This document shows positions 1 to 12,265 of a DNA stretch of 64,000 bases, piece by piece. The position numbers and the translations under genes are program-made. Origin of the DNA: Antedon mediterranea (Eukaryota; Animalia; Echinodermata); NCBI RefSeq assembly GCF_964355755.1, contig NC_092678.1, positions 19,857,365 to 19,921,364 of the forward strand, read 5' to 3'. The notes under the pieces were generated by a model. It searched no databases. It saw only the letters and a program-made list of their open reading frames with translations, and was not told the DNA's origin. How positions within the stretch are numbered: position 1 is the first letter of the stretch; each line of letters begins with the position of its first letter.

Positions 1-179
1 AATGTTCGTACTGTTAGATGTAGTTTAAAAATATATACAAATAAACTTTATTACTGAGATTGTGGATAGGCTCTACTGTTAGATATATAAACACATTATT
101 ATATACAAATAAACTTTATACTGACAGTTCCTTCTCAACGTTTGTATTATATTGTTGTTATAATTAATAATTACCAATA

Positions 180-702
180 ATATAAACGTCGTAGTGGTGT
201 ATCGTGACATGTACTTTAATATTTCAATCGATTATGACAGTGACAGTTTTAACAAAGTATTAAATTGCAAATGTTTTACTGTATTTAGAGGTATATATTA
301 CTTATAATAGGCCTATAAAACATGAACAATATTTCGTTACAGAGTGGATAAAGAATATATTTAAAAATTGTTCCTCTTTGTACCTATCCGCTTTCCCATC
401 CCTCAACCCTAATGTTACATACAAAACACAAATTGGGTTTCTTTAAATGAGTCCAAATCAAAAATTTGGACTCATTTTGTGATAAGTTTCTCCTTCGGAA
501 GTAATTCCCAGGGTGCTAATTTTAGTTGACTACATAAATCATCGTGTCTATTTATTTGTTTCTGTAAACGACAATGTATTGTAGTCCTGCGGTACGTACA
601 TTTGAAATCGCCAGTTTTGTTACGCTGAAATTAATGTGTATTCGAGAACCATCTGTGGGCACGACCTAGATGGTACGCGAGCGAAGCGAGCGTACCATTT
701 AG
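180..702 (+). mobile_element. Non-autonomous Helitron, 3' portion (5' boundary uncertain, may lie before the window)
   Basis: About 180-655 is similar to about 11690-12115. It ends in the hairpin atggtacgc-gagcgaagcga-gcgtaccat (670-698) followed by a degenerate CTAG terminus (TTAG, 699-702) and then T, the typical layout of a Helitron 3' end. Confidence 0.7.
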
Positions 703-939
703 TAATAATAATTTCTGTACTTTTGGTGTCTGAACCGGCGATCTTATTACAATTCAACGAGGATTTGTTCCTGCTTGATGACGTCATATGTTATGCCTAG
801 CCTACTTTTTGTTGGTTGCAAATATCGACGGCTGGCTACACCTTTTAAGAATGATATAATTATCTCGTGTCCACAGTCCCCGGATTGACATCGAGCGTTC
901 GATCGACTTTGCGAATAAATATCATAATTTGAATTTCAG

Positions 940-1127
940 GTGGTTATATAATCAACACCTTTCGAAACATGTGGCTGACTGATGAAACGATGTACAACGA
1001 GGGAAAGTTTGAGAAGGAAATAGAAAGTTTAGAGAGAGAGGGCAAATGGAAGTTTATTAGTAAACAACTTACTGATCCAGAACTTTATGATAAATGCTTT
1101 ATAAAATATGTACATGAGGTGGTGTAA
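940..1127 (+). CDS. Terminal coding exon of a probable METTL27/WBSCR27-like class I SAM methyltransferase (upstream exons not found in the window)
   Basis: Acceptor tttcag at 934-939, phase 1. Reads (G)GYIINTFRNMWLTDETMYNEGKFEKEIESLEREGKWKFISKQLTDPELYDKCFIKYVHEVV*. The PGG-YI...LE.EGKW pattern resembles the METTL27 C-terminus (recognised from memory, not searched). Absent from the ORF track. Confidence 0.55.
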
Positions 1128-2366
1128 CATTGATTTAAAATATTGAATAGAGTTATAGGAGGCCTATGTATAATTAATCCAGATTGTTCAATTAGTATAT
1201 AAACTTGATTTATTCACGAGACTGAAGTATAGTACAACTCGTTCAATCAACATTGTTTTTACAAAAGTTCATGGTATTACACAATAATCCTAAACCATAT
1301 AAATACGAAAAGAGAAAGAAAAAAAATTAAAATTGAGAAGAAAAATTACAAGAGAATCCCTTTCACCTGACACCTCTATTTAGGGAACACCATACCGGCG
1401 GTACTTCCCGCGTAAACTGAAACCTCCATCAAAGTACTGTCTCTTTTATAAGGATTCTACTGTAGTACATAATAAATGTTTTTTGTTCATTTTATCTTAA
1501 AATAATAGTAATAAATAAAGTATAGTGCCCTCAAGTTGAGTATTTTGGCACGATTTTCGTATTTTGGCAAAGCATATAGCGCCTCAATTTGACGTATTAT
1601 TCTTGCTTATTATGGCAACCTCTCTCCAATAAATGGAATAACGTGTAAAAAATTACATCTGAGTAAATGTCGTTTCATCGTGGATATTAGGCCTACATTT
1701 AAAGCCAACATCAATCATGTTTGCAAAAAAATTATTATATACAACTAGAATTTAAATCGTTGTTTACACGAACATAACACACTTGACCTCACCCTTACTG
1801 TTTTGATGGGTCAATTTTGTCTTGCTGCAATTCTACTAAACGGTAAGAAGTCTATTCTATGAGTATTACAGGTGATGGGATCTGAAGATTTGTAAAAATA
1901 AAACTAAATCGTCATTAAGATTTGTGTTCCGATTGCGTCTTATTTAAACAAATCGAATGTAAATCGTTTCTCTATAATATTTTTATCAAATTTAAGTTTG
2001 TCACAAACTGTAGGAGTAAGTGCGAGTTTCTACGCGATTAGCATTTAATTTCGGCCCATATTGAAGATACATAAACTCGAGAATTTAATAAAGTTTTAGA
2101 GAATAGATTCATCTTTATTGGACAATAAAGTATAGTAAATGAAATGTCCCTATGTATGTAAAGCTTATTTACATTTACTCTGTTTCTACTGCTAACAAAT
2201 AATCGAGAAATGATAATAGTGTTATATGCTTCTACGAATAATAGTTATACGTAGTTATTACGTTCTCGAAGTGTATGTACTTTTTTTCTGCTTAAAACCG
2301 CTTTACACCAGACTACCAGTAAATAAAAGTCATTCAGGCTGCAAGTAGTTTCCAACGGCGATAATG

Positions 2367-5300
2367 TTATACGGCTGAAAGACAAAATGATTATTTTAAT
2401 TTTTTTGAATACATTAAATATATTTTTTAAAAGTTAAAAAAGAAATCTCTAATAAATAAAAAAAATCTATTAGTCAATCCATATTAGTGTGTTTTTAATT
2501 CAAAATAGTTCTCTTTATTCAAAATTTTCCGATGTGTGTTGGTTGACTGGGCCATAATTTTTGTTGGCACCTGTATGGAGAATGAGTTGTTTTGAGTCTA
2601 AACTAGACCCAGCAGAAGTACGTAGCGTCTGTGAAATCCCTGGACCTCAGCTCAATCAGGTAAGCCCAAAGAACTAATAAGTAGCCTAAGTATCATGATC
2701 TGCATGCATATAATATCACATAAATATCACTAAAACGTCGAGTCGTTCTTTGGGGAGGTAGTCTACATGCAGGAATGTTTCAGAGGTAGGCTTAGGCCTC
2801 TGTCCTGTACTAGTACTATCAGGCACAGGCTACGGACAGCGGCTAGGCTAAGCATGTGAATAGGTAATGGCATGTACTGTAGTACATACGTAAGTATTTT
2901 GGTTAGTTATTCTTCCTCGGTCACATTTTCCTCATTTGAATACACAGTCACAGTAGACGTGACTATTAAGAGATTACCGTAAGTTAAGTGTGATTCATTA
3001 TTATACTTTATATAATACTTGTGTAGTATATCAAAGTGAGAATGATTTATTTCGTGCTTATGACCGTAATCGACAAAAGAAATTTATAGAGTACGTACCT
3101 TGGTCACACCGAACCCCAACATCAGCATTATGGTTACAGCGATTTGTAATTCCTGACTGTCGGTCACATTCGTAGATAAATCCTTCAAAATTCTCATCAC
3201 ATTTTATACGCATCACTTTTAAAACAGTATCACCAGGCCCAAATATACCACTACCATTGCTCATTGCTTGTCCACTAGAGTGACCAAGTTGACTACATAC
3301 CAGACCGGCTAAACGGTCGTCAAAGTTCTTGTTACACACCGTTGCCCAGGAACCATTCACATACATCTCCAATCGTCCCTCAGCAGCATTCTGGCCATCA
3401 GCCAATCTTACATCTCCTTCTGAACGTCCAACGTCAGTAGTATCTTCATCATCATCTGCTTCTGAAGTAATGCCTGGACTTTCATCTTCTGTAGTAGCTT
3501 CTTCTTCATCTTCGGTTGCCTCGGTAGTAGTAGCATCTAATGACAACATAGAATACATTTAGTAAGAATAGATGGCTTAATTTTGCTCAATATTTTCTTG
3601 AATAATTTTACTGTGTGTCTAAATAAAAATAATACTCACCATAGTCACACCGAATCCCAACATCAGCCTTATGGTTACATCGTTTTGTAATCCCTGACTG
3701 TCGGTCACATTCGTGGATAAATCCTTCAAAATTCTCATCACATTTTATACGCATCACTTTTAAACCAGTATCACCAGGCCCAAATATACCACTACCATTG
3801 CTCATTGCCTGTCCACCAGAGTGACCAAGTTGACTACATACCAGACCGGCTAAACGGTCGTCAACGTTCTTGTTACACACCGTTGCCCAGGAACCATTCA
3901 CATACATCTCCAAGCGTCCCTCAGCAGCATTCTGGCCATCAGCCAATTTTACATCTCCTTCTGAACTTCCAACGTCAGTAGTATCTTCATCATCATGTGC
4001 TTCTGAAGTAATGCCTTGACTTTCATCTTCTGTAGTAGCTTCTTCTTCATCTTCGGTTGCCTCGGTAGTAGTAGCAGCAACTAATGACAAAATAGAATAC
4101 AGTTAGTCGGAATTGATGGCTTAATTTTTCTCAATATTTTCTTGATTAATTTTACTGTATGTTTAAATAAAATACTCACCATAGTCACACCGAATCCCAA
4201 CATCAGCCTTATGGTTACATCGTTTTGTAATCCCTGACTGTCGGTCACATTGGTGGATAAATCCTTCAAAATTTTCATCACATTTTATACGCATCACTTT
4301 TAAGCCAGTATCACCAGGCCCAAATATACCACTGCCATTCATAATTGCCTGTCCACCAGAGTGACCAAGTTGACTACATACCAGACCGGCTAAACGGTCA
4401 TCAACGTTCTTGTTACACACCGTTGCCCAGGAACCATTCATATACATCTCCAATCGTCCCTCAACAGCATTTTGGCCCTCAGCCAATCTTACATCTCCTT
4501 CTGAACTTCCAACGTCAGTAGTATCTTCATCATCATCATTTGCTTCTGAAGTAATGCCTGGACTTTCATCTTCTGTAGTAGCTTCTTCTTCATCTTCGGT
4601 TGCCTCGGTAGTAGTAGCAGCATCTAATGACAAAATAGAATACAGTTAGTCGGAATTGATGGCTTAATTTTTCTCAATATTTTCTTGATTAATTTCACTG
4701 TATGTTTAAATAAAATACTCACCATAGTCACACCGAATCCCAACATCAGCCTTATGGTTACATCGTTTTGTAATCCCTGACTGTCGGTCACATTCGTGGA
4801 TAAATCCTTCAAAATTTTCATCACATTTTATACGCATCACTTTTAAGCCAGTATCACCAGGCCCAAATAAACCACTGCCATTCATAATTGCCTGTCCACC
4901 AGAGTGACCAAGTTGACTACATACCAGACCGGCTAAACGGTCGTCAACGTTCTTGTTACACACCGTTGCCCAGAATCCATTCAAATACATCTCCAAGCGT
5001 CCCTCAGCAGCATTCTGGCCATCAGCCAATCTCACATCTCCTTCTGAACTTCCAACGTCAGTAGTATCTTCATCATCATCTGCTTCTGAAGTAATGCCTG
5101 GACTTTCATCTTCTGTAGTAGCTTCTTCTTCATCTTCGGTTGCCTCGGTAGTAGTAGCATCTAATGACAACATAGAATACATTTAGTAAGAATAGATGGC
5201 TTAATTTTGCTCAATATTTTCTTGAATAATTTTACTGTGTGTCTAAATAAAATACTCACCATAGTCACACCGAATCCCAACATCAGCCTTATGGTTACAT

Positions 5301-8052
5301 CGTTTTGTAATCCCTGACTGTCGGTCACATTCGTGGATAAATCCTTCAAAATTCTCATCACATTTTATACGCATCACTTTTAAACCAGTATCACCAGGCC
5401 CAAATATACCACTGCCATTCATAATTGCCTGTCCACCAGAGTGACCAAGTTGACTACATACCAGACCGGCTAAACGGTCGTCAACGTTCTTGTTACACAC
5501 CGTTGCCCAGGAACCATTCACATACATCTCCAAGCGTCCCTCAGCAGCATTCTGACCATCAGCCAATTTTACATCTCCTTCTGAACTTCCAACGTCAGTA
5601 GTATCTTCATCATCATCATTTGCTTCTGAAGTAATGCCTTGACTTTCATCTTCTGTAGTAGCTTCTTCTTCATCTTCGGTTGTCTCGGTAGTGGTAGTAG
5701 TAGCAGCATCTAATGACAAAATAGAATACAGTTAGTCGGAAGAGGTGGATTAATCTTGCTCAATATCTTCTTGACTAATTTTACTGAATGTCTAAATAAA
5801 ATACTTACCATAGTCACACCGAATCCCAACATCAGCCTTATGGTTACATCGTCTTGTAATCCCCGACTGTCGGTCACATTTGTGGATAAATCCTTCAAAA
5901 TTCTCACCACATTTTATACGCATCACTTTTAAACTAGTATCACCAGACCCAAATATACCACTACCATTGCTCATTGCTTGTCCACTAGAGTGACCAAGTT
6001 GACTACATACCAGACCGGCTAAACGGTCGTCAACGTTCTTGTTACACACCGTTGCCCAGGAACCATTCACATACATCTCCAAGCGACCCTCAGCAGCATT
6101 CTGGCCATCAGCCAATCTTACATCTCCTTCTGAAAGAATATCTGTACTTCCAACGTCAGTAGTATATTTACCTTCAATACCACCTTCTCCATCTTCTGTT
6201 CCCCCAGTAGTAGTAACATCTAGTCGCAAAATAAAATAAGTCAATCAGAATAGATGCTTAGTTTTGCTCAACATCTGTTTGAAGTTTACGAATTCACTCA
6301 GATTTTTTAAAGAAAAAGCTGAATAATTTAAAGACGTGCACAAGACCTACTAATGGAGAGGTTTCGCAATATTACGAATACGATAACGAAAACGGATACG
6401 TCACGCACACGTATTCGTTTTCGTAAGCCATAAAAAAATCTGTTTCGCATGGCAACGAAATATTGAGGCGCGTCCAAAATATGACTGCGGTAAATTTGAG
6501 CGAAGCGCAGATACGTGTTGCTTGGTGTGCTTGGCTACCTAGGCCTATAGCGTAACATCAAAGCGAGTGAGGACTTTAAAAACTGCTATTTATCTAAATT
6601 GACCTGGCATTTTAGTAAATTACTTTAGTAAATTACTTTCAATAAATCTATAATTATATTATAATCATGAATCATTCCTAATTCAAATGCAAAATGTGCA
6701 AAATAGATCAAAAACTATACTCGTTTTGTAGTTACGAATATGACTGGTGATATTCGTCAACAAGAATACGCTTTACGAATATGAAATGGGGATCAGCTCA
6801 AAAGTTTCACAAATGTATGACGTATCCGTTTTCGTTAGCGTATTCGTAAGGTTGCGAAACCTCCCTAATAAGAGAATACTTCTAAATATTTAGTTTGTAC
6901 CTTCATTCTCGTAATGATAATAATAGTAATAATCTTCTTGGAATAAGCATCTACCTAAAAATGAAAATAAATTATTATTGTATTTAATACAATTCTACTT
7001 TGGTAAACTTGATACCACATCCCGGTTTTTTTTTCGACATTGGTATAATTATGTATGCCTAGGTAGGTAGCTATACTGTAGGTGTATTTTAATGAATGCA
7101 AATATTAATATTGATTTGGAAAAGCTTGTATGGATGGGAAACAATTACTCTTCTGCATAAGGCCTAACTACATTGTCAGTTAATGCAATTATTGAGCAAG
7201 ATATTTTTTGTAATACACACTGCTTACATTTGCAAACATTTTGATTTGATCCCTTAATATTTCTTAATGGTGAGTGCCAGAAGTTTCATAATTCTTCTCT
7301 GTATAACTATTATTTAACATTGTTTTTATGTTGAAATGAATACCTACTGTGTGGCACTGTCTCTTGACAGACGAATGCGCATCCATCTAGGCAGCACTTT
7401 GTATTACCGATGCAGTCGTCATCATATTTACACATGTGCTCACATTCGTTAGTGATAAGTGCATGTAGTATCTCTGGCGTAGGCTCAATCATCACCGGAC
7501 AATACCCTGCCGTTGGTTGTGAAGGTAGACTTACAGTTTCTATTATTGAGGAGCGAAAATACGAAAGAATAGACTATTTCTATCATAATTATTGACTATT
7601 TTTCTTGATCAAAATATTCTTAATATGTGTCAGAATGTTATTCTCTATCATGTGCTCCCTTCCTAAACATGCAATGACTGAATTTATTAACCAATATGAA
7701 ACACATTTTTAGAATACAGGAATATTACCAGACGAAAGGAAACACACATCTAGGCCTACTTGTTAAGAGCAGAGAGTGAGAATAATTCCACTCTTCCTAA
7801 TTCTGAAAGGGCATGAGGTTGAAATATACCAACACTTGTAAAATAGAAAATTGATTTCTTTTTTCGAAAAAGAAATATAAACGTGCGAAGAGAAAACTAT
7901 TTTTGAAATGTAATTTATTCTTTCGTTGGTTTGTTGATTGTAAACTTACCTTCAGTGTCCCATTGAGCCTCGGTTACCAGTGGTAAGGATGCGCTGGTTG
8001 AAAGACCGATTAATAATGCTAATAAAATAACCATCTCTGCACTTGGTCCCAT
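2367..8052 (-). CDS. Secreted WAP-domain plus six-SRCR protein with acidic Thr/Glu/Asp linkers
   Basis: Exons: 8052-7950 (signal peptide MGPSAEMVILLALLIGLSTSA..), 7539-7348 (WAP, 8 Cys: YCP..ECEHMCKYDDDCIGNTKCCLDGCAFVC), 6954-6901 (SRCLFQEDYYYYYHYENE), six linker+SRCR exons 6219-5809, 5709-5260, 5160-4723, 4623-4180, 4080-3640 and 3536-3099, then a probable last exon 2374-2367 (AV*). All introns are phase 1 and GT-AG. The last exon is uncertain. No transmembrane segment seen. Confidence 0.85.
3099..6219 (-). repeat. Tandem array of six ~540-bp exon+intron units (SRCR modules)
   Basis: Near-identical exons of 411-450 bp separated by similar 99-103 bp introns. Each exon encodes VRLADG..EGRLEMY..W.TVC...C..LG...C...C...CNH..DVG.RC (6 Cys, group A pattern). 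Confidence 0.95.
6355..6866. mobile_element. MITE with ~45-bp TIRs (PIF/Harbinger-like) in intron 3 of the SRCR gene
   Basis: Left gaggtttcgcaatattacgaatacgataacgaaaacggatacgtca matches the reverse complement of tgacgtatccgttttcgttagcgtattcgtaaggttgcgaaacctc at about 6818-6863. Confidence 0.75.
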
Positions 8053-8377
8053 CGTGAAGGATAATGGATCAATGCGTATAAAAACATTAAAATGTATATT
8101 TACCGGATAGCTTTCATGAAATTTAATCTACCAATGTGACGTCATTTTACGAATTCAATACGTAATTTAAAACTTACAACACAATAACTTGAAACGAATA
8201 CAATTTAAAACTTATTATGTTGAATTCAACAAAGGATGGAGATTAAAAATATGTTATTCACGCATGATTAGTTTTAGTACATTTCGTCATAAACATAACT
8301 AATTAATAAATATAATGCATGTCCACATTGAGTACATGAGCATCGATAAACATAAATCTAAACGACATTAGTTACTA

Positions 8378-8558
8378 AAGCTTGGTTCCCACTAGAACGT
8401 AACGCAAGGACGTAAACGCAAAGCAAGCATTTTAACCAATGACAAGCGAAGTTAGAGACAGTTAGCAATCACAAGCGAATAAGCCATCGCTTGTGATTGG
8501 TCAATTTACTTGCGTTGCGTTACGTCCTTGCGTTGCGTCGCTAGTGGGAACCACGCTT
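8378..8558. mobile_element. ~180-bp MITE (aagcttggttcccactag family, Harbinger/Tourist-like)
   Basis: TIRs aagc(t/g)tggttcccactag flanked by TA. Related copies at 54363-54543, about 30896-31020, about 40657-40780, and a fragment at about 24019-24052. Confidence 0.8.
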
Positions 8559-9666
8559 TAGTTACTTATTATTACCTGTAAATTTAAGATATATATATAT
8601 ATTTATATATTATATCGTTTAATCTTAGTACGGTATTTATATAAGATTACATATCTATTCCGTTTCATCACAGCTGTTACCGGCTATACGTGTACAATTG
8701 TTACTGATAGAATTGGAGACCGTTCACACGGCCTTTGTAGTTATTGTTACGTTTTCACAATCTGGTAATTTTCTACATTCACAAAAGGAAATGACCAGAT
8801 CATGATACGAAATGATGATTTTTGTTACTATAATAAAAAATGGTATGAATGGTACAATCATAATACTGTTGAGAACTCCCATTCCGTGCTCAGCAGTTGA
8901 ACACACTTTTTTTTTTCTCTTTTGTGACGTAAACACCACTTGTTCACATTCATATCATCATAGTCATGTGATCCACATAATATCTTCATTATACATTTCA
9001 TTTCATTTATTTCAAATATCGTCATCGCAGCCAAAGCTGAATTACAAGGATATTTACATATTCTAAATATTATTATTAATATTATTCATTTAGAAGCGAG
9101 ATAAGGTATGGGACTGCACTTTTTCAACTCTGTATTTGGGTTATTCATACTTTACACGTCTTATACTTAAAAAAATAATTATTATTTTCATTGCTATCAC
9201 ATTGTTCTAATTTTCTAATGTGTTTTATCATTTCAATTTTATCAACTTCATCAGTGGTATAACATTTTAGATTTTGTATTTGAAAACATTTTTAATGCGC
9301 ATGCGTGGGACATTGCCTCAAATATGTCCAATTCGTTTGCAAATTTGTAAACTCTGAAAAACATAATACTTATGGCATAATGAAGATAACGTGACCACAT
9401 GTCCGTCACACAGTGAGCGAACTATCACTGAACGGTCAAAAGACCGGATCACCTACCATCTGTGCCACGTCTAAACTTACCAGATTTTAGTATCCATTTC
9501 AAAACTGAGCTGTATATACATGTATAACTATCTAAATGTGTACCCCGATGGTTACCAGTGTGTATTGCGCGGAATTTTAACTAAATACAATTACGTTTAA
9601 ATTTTTGGTTTGTGAGCACTTGTATTGTATCATTGAATAAATAATAAATGTTGCAATAATTACGTA

Positions 9667-9866
9667 AAGGCCTACTCAGACAGCGTCGTATGACGATGCC
9701 CGGCGAGTCGTCTCGTCGGGAGAAACTTAAATATGTTTAAAGTTCTCGCGACGACCTAAACAACTACGCCCGACGCTAATCTAGACGATACTCGTCTTGT
9801 CGGGATTCAACTCAGACAGCACCAGGGAGTCAAGACATTTCGTCGTGCCTCGTCGTACGACGCCTT
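9667..9866. mobile_element. MITE of the aaggc..agacagcgtcgtacgac family
   Basis: Related sequence at about 24055-24119 (right end gtcgtacgacgctgtctcagctcgcctt) and at about 41390-41490 plus 42322-42360, where it is interrupted by another element. Confidence 0.6.
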
Positions 9867-10965
9867 CAATAATATTATGACATATTTATGACAACAGATC
9901 ATTTCAAGCATGGAGGTATACCTCCATGTTTCAAGCAATGGAAGGAAACAAAGACCCACAAGAGATGACTGGATGAAGTAAAGTAAATAGAGAGAACCGG
10001 GATGCCGAGCTTAGAAAAGAAAATAATTTCAATGTGGCGGCATTTACAATATTGTGGACATTACATCCTACTCTATTGCAAGGTTCATAAAAGAATAAAA
10101 TGCTCAAAAGGCTTTCAATAATATGATGTATTGAAATTGAAGAGATTTAATTTCGTTCTTTATTTCCTGTTTGGTTTCTATTCTAGATCCGATTTTTTAA
10201 AATCTAGAACAGGAAGTAGTTGCTAATGATAAATGAAATGTATAATATCTACACACAAATGGAATGTATTTCCCAATTGAGATAATTTATTGTTAACTCG
10301 TGCGGTAACAAACATAGTGCGCTAAAAGTGTCTATTTACCGTACTATCTACCTATTACGTGTTTACCTATGATTATATTTTTGACATAAGCATTTATTTA
10401 AAAAAAAAAAATCAATCAATCAATCAATCAATGTAACTTATTCTTTGCTCAATTAATTAAAGATCAAATAATTATTTTAAATTATATAGAGTTGCTTATT
10501 ATAGTATTTAATTGCTTTTTTTTGTTAAATAGTGGTATAAAACAAATCGTATAATGTTTTAGATTAAAATTCAAATTCAACTAACATTCATTTCATCAAA
10601 TGCCATACAAATAATACAGAGCATACAGATGAGGACCAATCTAGATGTAAACTTGGCCCATTAAAATGATCATAAAAAGATCCTTAAAAAATCATAAGAC
10701 CAGTGAGAATAATGAAGAATTATTGATACTAATAATAGATTAAAAGACAGAAATAAAACAGGCTTAAGGTTAACTTTGGTGATATTTTATAAACGGGTTA
10801 AACGTTATCTTATTGCTATGTTAGAATGTCATGTTATCAATCTAAAGAAAAAACTAACTTCCACTCAAAACAAACGTCACATTCATTATCTGATCATTAG
10901 TCTTTAAATTGTTTACAATTGTCAATTGTTTGGCATTTTAAATCTGATGTTATACACGCAATACA

Positions 10966-12118
10966 TCTATATATAAATTTACGTAAGGGCAAAATTCGGT
11001 AAATCGCGGTTTATTTCTAGAATTTTTACTCGATGGTATATAAAGTTGGTTCGTACTTTCGGTACTGATTTCAACCATCTGATGTAACCATGTTTACTAA
11101 TTAAATTGAGTTAGATAATTAGTTATTGACAATTAAAACGAATTTAGGTTCAACGATTTGCCCCAAATAGGGGTGTTTCGTGGTCGTGGTATTCACTGTC
11201 TAATGGATGTCCAACTTGAAAAATACCCGCAGACAATAATGCGAGGATGCTTCGCATTTTCCTATCTCCTCCTACGATAATGGTTTTTAATAGCTGAAAA
11301 CCGGTTGAACAGCATCATAATGTTGAAGACAGGCCGATTTTCTTTAAAAAATACTATTTTGATAGATATAATATACGTTTATACAAATGTTTTGATCTGC
11401 CATAAATGGAACATTCCAATCTCTGTTCCACAAGTGTCTATTCCCTCAGGCGTCGTAAAGACAAGTACTGTACAGTCATAACAGAAATTCGATCCATTTT
11501 TTCCAATCTGTGGAATCTTTTTTTTTTAGGACCACAATGGAAATAAGTTTGCCGTCTCGGTACTTTTTTGTGTTTTTATCCTATTGATTTTATATCAGAA
11601 TAAAGAAATAAATAAAATAAAAATAAATTAACGCATAATGAGCTAGCCTTTCCAGTCGCCGTCTATTATGTACTTTATTATTGCAGCTATTAGTGATGTA
11701 TCGTTACATGTACTGTACTATTTCAATCGACTATGACGGTGACAGTTTCAACAAAGTATTAAATCGCAATGTTTTACTGTGTTTAGTGGTATATTATTTG
11801 TAAAACATGAAAACAATTAATATTTCGTTACTAAATCGATAAAGAATATATTTAAAAATTGTTCGTCTTTGCACCCATCCTCTTCCCCATCCCTCAACCC
11901 TAATGTTACATACAAAACACAAATTCAGTTTGTTTCTTATTTTGTGACAAGTTTCTTTTTCGGAAGTAATTCCCGGGGTGCTACTTTTAGTTGAGTACAT
12001 AAATCACCGTGTCTATTTATTCGTTCCTGTAAACGACATGTATTATTGTCCTGCATGTACATTTGAAGTCGCCAGTTTTGTTAACGCTGAAATTACTATG
12101 TATTCGAGAACCATCTAG
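10966..12118 (+). mobile_element. Non-autonomous Helitron inserted upstream of CLCA copy 1
   Basis: Begins TC (10966), ends CTAG (12115-12118), lies between A and T with no TSD. The paralogous empty site is gcaataca|taataataatcttgc at about 25162. The 3' part is shared with 180-655. Confidence 0.85.
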
Positions 12119-12265
12119 TAGTAATAATCTTGCTTTATAGCAACTATACTATGCATGATAAGAAGCACAAATCAAAGAGATAACATTGTAGCTTAACATC
12201 TTGAACGTTGTACTTGGACGATAACAACTTTCATTAAGAGTTACTATTCTACTTGGTCAGGCATC

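Noticed and set aside
2907-2962. Alternative terminal exon VTSTVTVYSNEENVTEEE* for the SRCR gene
   Set aside because: In frame, but the acceptor is weak and its end (aaatgtgaccgaggaagaataact) also occurs at about 17664, so it is probably repeat-derived. The 2374 acceptor is stronger. Not fully excluded.
3329-6239. Plus-strand Ser-rich ORFs and alternate-frame MMKILKDLST ORFs
   Set aside because: Antisense or off-frame shadows of the SRCR exons that recur only because the unit is repeated.
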